Virus record (IMG/VR): IMGVR_UViG_3300008267_000022
Coordinates: 19,704 to 83,703 of that record
Origin: a virus
Length of the DNA stretch: 64,000 nt
Direction: 5' to 3' (one strand)
Below, piece after piece: positions 16,815-26,229 of the stretch. The notes beneath the pieces are model-generated. The model saw nothing but the letters and a program-made list of their open reading frames with translations. It was not told the origin of the DNA and did no database searches. Numbering within the stretch: position 1 is the stretch's first letter; every line of letters starts with the position of its first letter. The position numbers were made by a program, and so were the translations under genes.

Positions 16815-17558
16815 TTATGCTTTATGCCAGACAGTGGCAAAGTTATTATCATGCCAAAGGTTATTATAACCTAAACTTTTCATTGTATTACATACTTTAG
16901 CTATATCCACATTATAATGCATAGGCATATCTTCATTTTCTCCTGAGAGGTCAATTATGAGGATAAGAAGGCCATTTTGGTTAATGTATTTATCTAATTT
17001 GTGTAGGTAATCTATTTGTGTTTGAGGGTCTAAATGTTCCCAAACTGCATCAGAATATACAATATCAAAAGTTTTATCAAATGAAAATGTATCTTGAGGG
17101 ATTAAAATAGTATCAATATCAACATTATATTTTTCAAATCGCCACATAGCAAATTCAGAAATATATCCTTTTACATCAACATAAGTAACATTTTTTCCTG
17201 TATGTTCTTTAATGATTTGGGTAAATACCCCTAAACCTCCTCCAAATTCCATAAATTCATTCCCTGGGTGTTCTTGGATTACTCTCATTAATCCTGGGAG
17301 GAATTTATGCATTTTATTTGCTGGTCCTACTTTATTCCAGTTGGCTCCTAAAAGGTCATATACATATGTTTTTGAATTTTCATAAAAATCAAAGGTTGAT
17401 TCTTTAGCATGGAAATCTTCAGTATTAATTTTTTGAAAGTTTCTAATTTTTTCTCTTACCTCTTCAAAAGGTACTCCTGAAAATTCTGCAAAATCATGTA
17501 CTACATCTCCATTTAATACATCTTCAGGCTCGGGGTTCATTACATTGTAATCTATCAT
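16815..17558 (-). CDS. class I SAM-dependent methyltransferase
   Basis: EFGGGLG; FDIVYSDAVWEHL. Confidence 0.8.
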   Translation of the reverse strand: MIDYNVMNPEPEDVLNGDVVHDFAEFSGVPFEEVREKIRNFQKINTEDFHAKESTFDFYENSKTYVYDLLGANWNKVGPANKMHKFLPGLMRVIQEHPGNEFMEFGGGLGVFTQIIKEHTGKNVTYVDVKGYISEFAMWRFEKYNVDIDTILIPQDTFSFDKTFDIVYSDAVWEHLDPQTQIDYLHKLDKYINQNGLLILIIDLSGENEDMPMHYNVDIAKVCNTMKSLGYNNLWHDNNFATVWHKA

Positions 17559-18409
17559 ATTTGGTTGTTTATAGTTAAAAAATCTTTTAATCCTGCGTTC
17601 CAGAGAACATCTCCAAAACTAATAAATTCTTTTGCTTTTTCAAAATTATATTTAATTGCTTTTAATTTACTTTCATAAAGTTCTTGAGTAAAATACCCAT
17701 TACTTATCATTTCTAACAACTTATCAGGAGTATCAAAAAATATAATTCCATCCATATCAAACATTTTTAGATGTTCTTTAGTTTTTATATTCCAATATAT
17801 TGGGATACAACCACACACCATACTGTCTAATATTTTTTCTGAAAAGAAATCTGCATCTTCATTTTCAATTACTAGCTCAAATCGATAATCTTTTGTACCA
17901 TCTACTTTTCTATCCATAGGAGGATTTAGGTAATCTATAGCATTATAATAAGCTGAGTTTGTGTCGTTAAGGATTTTATTTTTTATAGTGTGTCGGAGTA
18001 TATGCCCTTCCATAGAATTTTTATTGGAAACAATACTGCTTATATTTTTAATTTTATTGTGTATCTCCCTCCCTTCAGGTATTATAAAGCACCTACTACC
18101 TCCATTATAATATTTATATTTACTATTCTTAATAACATCTTCTTCATAATGAACAAATACTAAATCAAAATGGTCTAATAAACGTTCTACCATATCATGG
18201 TTATGGGGGCATAAACTTTTAGGTTCCATAAGAACCGCTATTTTATATTTGTGAGGGGATTCAATTACTCCCTTCCAATAATCTACCCAAATACAAATAT
18301 CTGAAGGTTCTTGGGTCCATTCTATATACTTGCTAGGTACACTAGGGAATATTCCTTTGGTTTCTTCTATTCCGTAGTTTCCTGGGTTGATTAGGTTAAT
18401 TTTTTTCAT
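17555..18409 (-). CDS. GT10 (fucosyltransferase-like) glycosyltransferase
   Basis: YRFELVIEN...FFSEKILD....GCIPIYW. Confidence 0.75.
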   Translation of the reverse strand: MKKINLINPGNYGIEETKGIFPSVPSKYIEWTQEPSDICIWVDYWKGVIESPHKYKIAVLMEPKSLCPHNHDMVERLLDHFDLVFVHYEEDVIKNSKYKYYNGGSRCFIIPEGREIHNKIKNISSIVSNKNSMEGHILRHTIKNKILNDTNSAYYNAIDYLNPPMDRKVDGTKDYRFELVIENEDADFFSEKILDSMVCGCIPIYWNIKTKEHLKMFDMDGIIFFDTPDKLLEMISNGYFTQELYESKLKAIKYNFEKAKEFISFGDVLWNAGLKDFLTINNQI

Positions 18410-19370
18410 ATATGTTGAGCCAATAGTTTATCATTTCATCCATCATGCTTTCAAATGTATAAATGGGTTCCCACCCTAACTCAGTGCGAATCTTTGTTGA
18501 ATCTCCTTTTAAGTATGGTAATTCTTCAGGGCGAAGAAATTTTTGGTTTTGGGTAACATGATCTTTATAGTTTAAATCTAATTTTCCAAATACATATTCA
18601 CACATATCTCTTACTGAGCGGGTTTCTCCTGTAGCTACAACCCAGTCTCCTGGTTTGTTTTGTTGTAAGATTAAATGCATAGCACGGACATAATCATATG
18701 AATGGCCCCAGTCACGGTATGAATCCATATTTCCTAGTTCTAGTTTATCAACTAAACCAAGTTTAATTTGGACAGCAGTTTTAACTACTTTATTTGTTAC
18801 AAAATTTGAACCTCTTCTTGGAGATTCATGGTTAAATAAAATACCATTTGAAGCATGTAGTTTGTAAGCGTTTCTATAATTACGTACAATATTATACCCA
18901 AATACTTTAGTACATCCATAAGGTGAAACCGGGTTCATAGGTGTAGTTTCACGTTGATACCCATCTGAGTCAACACTACTTCCAAACATTTCTGAGCTGG
19001 ATGCTTGGTAAAATTTAGCATTAGGGCAAGAGCGTCTATAAGCTTCTAAAATATTTAAAACTCCTAAAGCATTTGTTTGAGTAGTAAATTGAGGGATATC
19101 AAAACTAATCCTAACGTGAGATTGAGCAGCAATATTATATATTTCATCTGGTTGGATTTTATCTAATAGATGCTCAATACTACTTTGGTCTAGTAGGTCT
19201 CCGTAATACACATGGATTTTATCCCTCATTGATTCAATCCTAGACTGTTGATGCTCAGGTACTGAGTTTCTTCTAATTATTCCATGGACTTCATATCCTA
19301 ATTCTAGTAGGTACTCTGCTAGGTAGGAACCATCTTGTCCTCCTATGCCTGTAATAAAGGCTTTTTTCAT
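18396..19370 (-). CDS. gmd: GDP-mannose 4,6-dehydratase
   Basis: TGIGGQDGSYL, AAQSHV, ASSSEMFG, NHESPRRG, RDWGH. Confidence 0.95.
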   Translation of the reverse strand: MKKAFITGIGGQDGSYLAEYLLELGYEVHGIIRRNSVPEHQQSRIESMRDKIHVYYGDLLDQSSIEHLLDKIQPDEIYNIAAQSHVRISFDIPQFTTQTNALGVLNILEAYRRSCPNAKFYQASSSEMFGSSVDSDGYQRETTPMNPVSPYGCTKVFGYNIVRNYRNAYKLHASNGILFNHESPRRGSNFVTNKVVKTAVQIKLGLVDKLELGNMDSYRDWGHSYDYVRAMHLILQQNKPGDWVVATGETRSVRDMCEYVFGKLDLNYKDHVTQNQKFLRPEELPYLKGDSTKIRTELGWEPIYTFESMMDEMINYWLNIYEKN

Positions 19371-19388
19371 GTGTTTAGATTTTATTTT

Positions 19389-19976
19389 TTATTTGAATAT
19401 ATTCATCTGAGTCAAATCAGGCCAGTCTTTTACTGACCATTTTCTTGGGGGTGTAGTTTTTGCTTGAGGGAGTTTATCTAGACCTAACTGGGCGGTTTCT
19501 GGGGTCATGTAATAGTGGTATCCGATAGAGGAAATGTTTTGTTCTCTCCAAGGAGTATTTGGGAGCCTACCATCATATGACATTTTTTTCAGTTCAATTG
19601 CAGCCTTTTTATTATCTAATAAAATCATCCCCCCACGGCCTAAACTTAAATGTTTTTGGTATTGGAAAGATAAACTCATATATGTTTTAGGAATATAACT
19701 ATTTGGTTTCCATAACACTGCAGCATCAATTACATTGCCAGTAACGTAATAATAATCAACCCAGTCTTCATTTTTCCAAAGCAAATCAATCCATAATTTA
19801 TCAGCTAAAAAAGGAATTGATAGGTATGTATTTTTAGGAACCATAATATGATCTGCTAAAGTATATCTTAGACAAAGTTCAACCCCATGAGTACAACTAT
19901 CAACAGCTACAGCATACGGTGCTCCAAAAAATTTAGCAATTTGTTTTTCAAATTCAGTTACTGTATTAAAATTCAT
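19389..19976 (-). CDS. DegT/DnrJ/EryC1/StrS aminotransferase (short form)
   Basis: AVAVDSCT, DAA, SFQYQKHL..GRGG. Confidence 0.8.
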   Translation of the reverse strand: MNFNTVTEFEKQIAKFFGAPYAVAVDSCTHGVELCLRYTLADHIMVPKNTYLSIPFLADKLWIDLLWKNEDWVDYYYVTGNVIDAAVLWKPNSYIPKTYMSLSFQYQKHLSLGRGGMILLDNKKAAIELKKMSYDGRLPNTPWREQNISSIGYHYYMTPETAQLGLDKLPQAKTTPPRKWSVKDWPDLTQMNIFK

Positions 19977-20398
19977 TATATATACATTTTTTTCATTGCA
20001 ATTCCATTTTTAACAAAACCATTTTTTTCATAGAAACTACTTAAATTATCATCACATAATAATGTTACTCGATAACATCCCTTATTTCTACCTATTTTTA
20101 TTAATTCATTTATTAATTCTATACCAATGCCTTTATTTCTTATACTTTTACATACTACAATATCTTCAATATGCCCTGCTAATTCACCTCTAATTTTATT
20201 TTCTATTATAATACTTCCATAAGCTACAATTTTATCATTTAATAAACCTACAATAGAATTGGATGAAGTATTTTGAGTAAAATTATCCCAACAACCTTGA
20301 ATATTCCTAGTTGAATAATCAATCTCAGTTAATTGCTGTAAGAGTAAAAATACACTTTTAAGGTCATGTTGTTGTATACTTCTAAATTGTACCATCAA
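19976..20398 (-). CDS. GNAT acetyltransferase (GNA1-like sugar N-acetyltransferase)
   Basis: GHIEDIVV...RNKGIG, GCYRVTLLC, FYEKNGF. Confidence 0.8.
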   Translation of the reverse strand: MMVQFRSIQQHDLKSVFLLLQQLTEIDYSTRNIQGCWDNFTQNTSSNSIVGLLNDKIVAYGSIIIENKIRGELAGHIEDIVVCKSIRNKGIGIELINELIKIGRNKGCYRVTLLCDDNLSSFYEKNGFVKNGIAMKKMYI

Positions 20399-20804
20399 TA
20401 AAGGTTTTATCTAAAGCTTGTCCTTCGTAAGGGCCTGTTTTGTATTCATAAACTAAAGTATCATCTTCTAAAATTTCATAAGTATGACCTCCTTCTAAAG
20501 TAAAAGAAGCATCACCTGGGAATAATGTTGGGGTGTAGAGTATTTGGTCATCAATGTCATATAGTATACATTTGACTCTACCTTGGATTACTACCCAACT
20601 TTCTTGGGCTATAACATTTCTAGTTCTTTCCTTCCAGATGTGTTTATGAGGTTTAAAAGTTTTACCTTCTCCCATATTTAAGAGGGCACATTGAATAAAT
20701 TGATCCTCAGGAACTACTTCTACTCTCCCCGGAGTTAAATCTTTTTTCCTTACTATTATGTGGAGTAACTTGTCAGGGTCTATTATACTATAAACTTTTT
20801 CCAT
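20382..20804 (-). CDS. cupin-fold protein (WbuC-like)
   Basis: PHKH...QE...GGH...EYKTGPY. Confidence 0.7.
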   Translation of the reverse strand: MEKVYSIIDPDKLLHIIVRKKDLTPGRVEVVPEDQFIQCALLNMGEGKTFKPHKHIWKERTRNVIAQESWVVIQGRVKCILYDIDDQILYTPTLFPGDASFTLEGGHTYEILEDDTLVYEYKTGPYEGQALDKTFIDGTI

Positions 20805-21652
20805 TATTGTAACAACTTATTTAATTTATTAACAACTTCATTATCTTTTAAATATGCATCTAAAGTAATATGGTCATCATTAGGGCTATAATATTTAGGT
20901 CCTAATTTAGGTTCTTCACATTTTTCAATAACTCCATTCCACCCATATAATTGATGAACAAAATCATCAGTTAAAATAGTTTTTGTCCCAACCCCATAAG
21001 CTAAATTAGCTAACCCACCTTCGGCTCCTATAAAATAATTACAATTTTTTATAATAGAAGCAGTTAAACTATATTCAGATACTGTAAATAAATTAAAATC
21101 TAATTGGCTAGTACCATTAGGCTTTCCTACTTCGATTAAATATATGTTAGGGTTTTTCTCCAATTCATTTATAATATATGAAATATCTCTTCGTCTACCA
21201 CCATACCCTAAATTAGGGACATTAACTCCAGCTTTATATTCTTCTTCTGTAAACCCAAATGATCTCTCTTCCCAGTTGGATAGCCAAGCAACTATTATTT
21301 TACCGTGTAATGGTTTAAATAAGTGTTTAACATAATTATCTAATGATGGGTTAGTGTAAATTTTAAAATATGGAGAAGGATTTTTAACACCACATTGAAT
21401 TTGGAATTGTTCACATGGGGTTAATTTCCTATGAATAGGTTGTAATTGATGTACTATATCATACTGCTTATTAGGGGCCTCAAGGTATACATTATCAATA
21501 TATGGATCATTTGAAATTAATTCATACGGTTGAACCATATTTAATAAATAATCTACTGTACATCCAGGGTGTTCTTCTTTTAGTTTTTGAGCAATAGAGC
21601 TACCAAAAAGATTATCCCCTATGTAACCTACAGCTTTAATTAATATTTTCAT
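20804..21652 (-). CDS. GT-B glycosyltransferase (GT9-like)
   Basis: IGD near N-terminus, NDPYID, FIGAEGGLANLA...GTKT. Confidence 0.6.
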   Translation of the reverse strand: MKILIKAVGYIGDNLFGSSIAQKLKEEHPGCTVDYLLNMVQPYELISNDPYIDNVYLEAPNKQYDIVHQLQPIHRKLTPCEQFQIQCGVKNPSPYFKIYTNPSLDNYVKHLFKPLHGKIIVAWLSNWEERSFGFTEEEYKAGVNVPNLGYGGRRRDISYIINELEKNPNIYLIEVGKPNGTSQLDFNLFTVSEYSLTASIIKNCNYFIGAEGGLANLAYGVGTKTILTDDFVHQLYGWNGVIEKCEEPKLGPKYYSPNDDHITLDAYLKDNEVVNKLNKLLQ

Positions 21653-22263
21653 TTATTTAAATTTTTATTTATAAAAAGAATATCTTGTTGATGTGATCCA
21701 TGATTATGAGATTCTTCTAATATTTCTTTTAAAGAAAAACCAATATTTTCCATAAATTGTATTACTTCATCATATAAAGGGGCACCTTCATTATATTGAG
21801 TTAAAGAAACTTCTAACAACATCCCTTTTGATTTTTTACAAAGATTTATCCCTCCTGAAATAATATCAAGTTCTGATCCTTGGGTGTCTATTTTAATTAG
21901 GTCAAATTCTGAGTCAGGGGTAAATAAGTCATCAAGTTTAGTTCCTTGTTGGGGGATTATTTCTAATTGGTCATCTGAATAGAATTGGGTTAGCTCTTTA
22001 TAGATAGAATTTCCAGTGCAAGTCGGGTCATTTTTTCTACTGTAAAAGTTATATGTAGAATTATCCTTAGCTAACATTGTTATAGAATAATTTTCAGTAA
22101 TACTTTTTAGATATGGTTCACAAGGAGCTGAAGCTTCTACACTAAAAATAAAACTAGATGGGTATGCATTTTTAAATGCTGTATGGAATTGGCCTGCGTT
22201 TGCTCCAATATCTAATACTCTATAAGGATTAAAATATTGTGAGATGATATTAAGGTTTCTCAT
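21649..22263 (-). CDS. FkbM family methyltransferase
   Basis: LDIGANAG, IKIDTQGSE. Confidence 0.88.
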   Translation of the reverse strand: MRNLNIISQYFNPYRVLDIGANAGQFHTAFKNAYPSSFIFSVEASAPCEPYLKSITENYSITMLAKDNSTYNFYSRKNDPTCTGNSIYKELTQFYSDDQLEIIPQQGTKLDDLFTPDSEFDLIKIDTQGSELDIISGGINLCKKSKGMLLEVSLTQYNEGAPLYDEVIQFMENIGFSLKEILEESHNHGSHQQDILFINKNLNK

Positions 22264-22967
22264 TAGAATAAAATTAAATCATTAATTTTTAACCACCTAA
22301 CATTATCCCCAGCACTAAATTCTTCAATAGTACCATTTGTATTTTTATACCCAGAATTTAGAGTTTTATTAATATTTGCTAGTATCATGTGATTATTTAT
22401 AAAATCAGGATCATTATCGTCAGGTTTATTATCTTCATGGTATAAACCATAAAATGTACCTTGTTCATTTCGTTTCCATTTATAACCTAATAACCTTAAT
22501 CTATCTCTAGTATCATCATCTTCTTTACCCCATCCTATGTAATATGGATTTAATCCATTCATTTTATAAAATAAATCTCTATGTAATACAAATACCCCAC
22601 CCGAATGATCTCCTACATCATTTGAAAAATTTCTATAACCTGCTGGGGTGTTGTAGTAGTCTCTGGGTTGGTTGTCGTTATCTAGAAATATTACTTTCCT
22701 AACAGGGTATAGAGGTACATCAGGCTCAGTATCATAGCTAACATCATCAGCAGGGTAATAATCTACATCATGGAATATAAGAAGTTCTCCATTTGCTTTT
22801 TGAGCAGCTAAATTATATAATGAATTTTTTTGGAATTTATCCTTATTATCTTGTTCTGCAATTATTATTTCATATGTTTTGTTTTGAAATAATTCTTGTA
22901 ATCTAGGGAGAAGAGTGCTTAAATGTTCCTCTCTATCCCTATAGGATATAATTATGCTATATCTCAT
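22263..22967 (-). CDS. GT7 (beta-1,4-galactosyltransferase-like)
   Basis: YRDREEHL, FHDVD, GWGKEDDD. Confidence 0.85.
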   Translation of the reverse strand: MRYSIIISYRDREEHLSTLLPRLQELFQNKTYEIIIAEQDNKDKFQKNSLYNLAAQKANGELLIFHDVDYYPADDVSYDTEPDVPLYPVRKVIFLDNDNQPRDYYNTPAGYRNFSNDVGDHSGGVFVLHRDLFYKMNGLNPYYIGWGKEDDDTRDRLRLLGYKWKRNEQGTFYGLYHEDNKPDDNDPDFINNHMILANINKTLNSGYKNTNGTIEEFSAGDNVRWLKINDLILF

Positions 22968-23818
22968 ATAGTAGAATCAAAATGATTTTTATACTCAGGT
23001 ACTCTATCATATTGGTGAACTAAACAAAATGGTTTATCATGTTTAGTTGAATAAACTACTCCATTTTCAAATCGAGCATATTGATTTAAATTATTAATTA
23101 TTGCTCCAATCTGTAAAGCCCATAAATCATTATAATCAACCCATTGACATTTATCTTTTAATAACGTTTGGGTTAAAATATTAAATGAAGGTTGATCAGC
23201 GTGTCCTATATTATTAGACATTAAATATAAAGTTAAACATAAATCTTTACATATAGAAGCAGAACAAGCAAATGTGCCTACATTACATGCTGGGGCTTTT
23301 TTAAGGATATATTCATAAACATATGGTCCATAATTAACTAATGCATTGTTAGTATTCCATGGTTCATTCTCATATAAAATACCCTCAGAAGGTACTAATA
23401 TGTCTTTTACCATGAATTCATTTAGCCACTCTGAAGGGTTGGTTTGGAATATTACATCACGGCCATCAGTAAAAATTACTCTTTCATATGTTAAATCAGC
23501 TTCGGTTTCAACAAAATATTGCCACAAATGGAATAATCTAACATTATGAATTAATTTATTAGCATTTGAAGGATTAACTTGCCCTGAATGCCATACAAAA
23601 TTATCTTCATATTCGGCTCTATAAGTATTTTTAGGAGCTAAAATATGGACGCCTAATTCTTTTAGTTTAGTGAGGTAATCATGTTGATCAGGGAAGTTAT
23701 AAGCTAATACAAGTATATCACCATTATATGATGTTTTTTTCAATGATATAACCCAATTTTTTATATCTATCCAATTATAATTTTCACTTATAGTAGTGAC
23801 TACTAGATCTTTTTTCAT
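22964..23818 (-). CDS. putative glycosyltransferase
   Basis: TDGRDVIFQ.NP, DQ, HQYDR motifs. Confidence 0.6.
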   Translation of the reverse strand: MKKDLVVTTISENYNWIDIKNWVISLKKTSYNGDILVLAYNFPDQHDYLTKLKELGVHILAPKNTYRAEYEDNFVWHSGQVNPSNANKLIHNVRLFHLWQYFVETEADLTYERVIFTDGRDVIFQTNPSEWLNEFMVKDILVPSEGILYENEPWNTNNALVNYGPYVYEYILKKAPACNVGTFACSASICKDLCLTLYLMSNNIGHADQPSFNILTQTLLKDKCQWVDYNDLWALQIGAIINNLNQYARFENGVVYSTKHDKPFCLVHQYDRVPEYKNHFDSTI

Positions 23819-24438
23819 AACGTATTGTAATAATTGTTTTGTTTTTCTTGGCGCTCTATATTTTTTGGGTGATAAAGAGCAAAGTATTCTACATCTGGCA
23901 TAGCTGTGTAGTGTTTAAAGCCATCTAGCCGTTCATGGACTTTGTTTACCCATTTGATTTCAGGTTTATTCTTCCAGATACGCCATTGGTAATCAGGCCA
24001 ATTAACCCACCCTTCATCATTTACTCTCCATCCCCATTTTGCAATATGTTCAGGAGTTAAACCTTCTACTGTGTTTACTCTAGGGACTAGAAAAACATCA
24101 ACTTCATTGTTTTCTTCTAATAATTCAGGTAAAACCATTATTAGATTTTCATTCGGAATTTCATCAGCATCAATTTGAAAAATATAATCGCCACTGCACA
24201 AACTAGTTAATTTATTTTTCCAATCTGCAAAATGACGATTAAATTTTCCTTTATGCCATACGAATTCACCATTTATAGAATGCGTTCGTAGGAATGATTC
24301 TATCTCCGGGTCACCATTTGCTTCATCATATAATATTACAATGTTGTCTTGTTGTCGTTTGTGTTGAAGCAAAAATCGCACTAAACGTTGAATTTCTAAA
24401 AATTCATTACAAACTGTAATCGCATAACTTATTTTCAT
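23815..24438 (-). CDS. glycosyltransferase family 2
   Basis: ISYAITVCNE, IDADE, VHE. Confidence 0.85.
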   Translation of the reverse strand: MKISYAITVCNEFLEIQRLVRFLLQHKRQQDNIVILYDEANGDPEIESFLRTHSINGEFVWHKGKFNRHFADWKNKLTSLCSGDYIFQIDADEIPNENLIMVLPELLEENNEVDVFLVPRVNTVEGLTPEHIAKWGWRVNDEGWVNWPDYQWRIWKNKPEIKWVNKVHERLDGFKHYTAMPDVEYFALYHPKNIERQEKQNNYYNTL

Positions 24439-24443
24439 ATCTT

Positions 24444-24908
24444 TTATTCAGGTAATACTCCAATATAAGAAAGAGCTTCAATATAATCACGCTCTTCAAA
24501 AGATTTCATGTTTTTCATATCCATTCGATATTTCATAAATTCTCCTGGTTTACCTGGGATTGGGTGGTTAAGTCTATCTTCTTCAGGGATTTCAATAGCT
24601 TTTACAGCTGCCCATTTCCAGTCAGAAGCATCACTACCATTAGCAAACACCATTCCTAGTTCAGGTTGATTGATAGTATTTGGAAGCCAAATTAATTCTG
24701 TTTCGGGATCTTTCCAAGCTAAGTCTTTATACAATTCAGGTAATGTTTCTATTTGCTGTTTAAAAAATTCATGATCTTCAGTCATAAATGAATTAGTCCA
24801 AAAACCACAAGACAGACTCATATAATTGTAAATCTCAGGGGCAACCTGTGCTTTGTAGCACAAGTCACCTCCTGATTTAGGGCATGTTATTATTTCTTCG
24901 TGTTGCAT
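24444..24908 (-). CDS. hypothetical protein
   Basis: 154-aa ORF with N-terminal Cys residues. Confidence 0.7.
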   Translation of the reverse strand: MQHEEIITCPKSGGDLCYKAQVAPEIYNYMSLSCGFWTNSFMTEDHEFFKQQIETLPELYKDLAWKDPETELIWLPNTINQPELGMVFANGSDASDWKWAAVKAIEIPEEDRLNHPIPGKPGEFMKYRMDMKNMKSFEERDYIEALSYIGVLPE

Positions 24909-26224
24909 TATAATTCGATTTTATTTAATTTAGGCAATTCAATTTTATTCAATTTAGGTAATTCAACCTTATTTAATTTAGGTAATTGAAGTTGTACCTG
25001 CTTTGGAAATTCAGGAATTTTTTCTTCAAACAATTCACCTAATTTTTCTTTCATTGCCTCAAATGAGAATTTAGTGCGTGATTGAAAACCTTGTCGTTTT
25101 GCATTTTCAGCATAACCTTTGTAATTTTCAAATACATCTTTTAAATAATGCCCTACGTGACCATAATCTACACTAAACCATTCTGCATCTCCTAATAACA
25201 TATTATTTGCAGCTGATGGGTGCACTTTGGTCATTTGTCCAGGAAGCAATGTAGTAAATTCAGGGTTTAAATAATCAATATGACCACTCCAATTTGTTGT
25301 AATTACTGGTTTATTTACAAGTGAGAATTCAAGTAATGGCCTACCAAATCCTTCACCTTTAGTTAAATTAACCATTGCTTTAACTTTAGAGTGATTATAA
25401 ATCTCATTTATTTCAGCATCAGAAAATTCACCATGAAGTAAGTATACATTAGGAAGATTATTTGATTTAACAGTTTCTCGAATTAATTTAATTCGTTTAA
25501 TTATTTCATCTCTATCCATGTATGAAGAAGCTACTGTAGATGTCTTTAAAATTAAAGCTGGTTTTTTAGATTTGTTTTTAAAGGTTTCAAAAAATGCTTT
25601 TATTAATAAACCTACATTCTTTCTATCTTCACCCAATTGACCTTGCATCCAATGTCCTACAAATAAGTAAGCAAAATCTTCTTTTATGCTAGATAAATCA
25701 AATGTTGATTTTACAGGCTTATAAACATCAGTATTAGCACCTTCAAAAATAACTTCTCCATCTCCAACCCATTCAAGAGCTCCTAATAATCTATTAGTAT
25801 TTTGTTCACGTTTTTCAAATTTACTATTTCTTAATACATCAATAGTATGTTTTGAAGAACCTAAAATTAGATTCATTCGTTGGCATCCTTCAATCCAATC
25901 ACCAGGAGCTACAGTTGTTTCAATTCCTGCAGTACATCCGATGTTATATTTCCCTATTGGTTGGAACTCATTTGGAACTGTAATTTGCATCCAAATTTCA
26001 GGTTGAGCAGGTAATTGAGGGTTATTTAATAAATGTTTAGTTAAAAATTCCCATTCAGGATTATCCTTAATAAATCCCCTAGGGGTAGAACCCCATCGTT
26101 GGGACATGATTTTTACATCATATCTATCTAGTTCAATAATCGCTTTAACGATATCGCGAGAACGTGCTCCGTATCCACTATAAGTGTCAATAGGGCAGCT
26201 TATTACAAATGTTGGTTTATCCAT
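24908..26224 (-). CDS. glycosyltransferase family 4
   Basis: SGYG N-terminus; GEGFGRPLLE. Confidence 0.85.
   Translation of the reverse strand: MDKPTFVISCPIDTYSGYGARSRDIVKAIIELDRYDVKIMSQRWGSTPRGFIKDNPEWEFLTKHLLNNPQLPAQPEIWMQITVPNEFQPIGKYNIGCTAGIETTVAPGDWIEGCQRMNLILGSSKHTIDVLRNSKFEKREQNTNRLLGALEWVGDGEVIFEGANTDVYKPVKSTFDLSSIKEDFAYLFVGHWMQGQLGEDRKNVGLLIKAFFETFKNKSKKPALILKTSTVASSYMDRDEIIKRIKLIRETVKSNNLPNVYLLHGEFSDAEINEIYNHSKVKAMVNLTKGEGFGRPLLEFSLVNKPVITTNWSGHIDYLNPEFTTLLPGQMTKVHPSAANNMLLGDAEWFSVDYGHVGHYLKDVFENYKGYAENAKRQGFQSRTKFSFEAMKEKLGELFEEKIPEFPKQVQLQLPKLNKVELPKLNKIELPKLNKIEL
24912..24986 (-). repeat. 3 x 24-bp coding tandem repeat (LPKLNK[VI]E)
   Basis: Visible in DNA and in the C-terminus of the GT4 protein. 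Confidence 0.85.
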
Positions 26225-26229
26225 GATTA

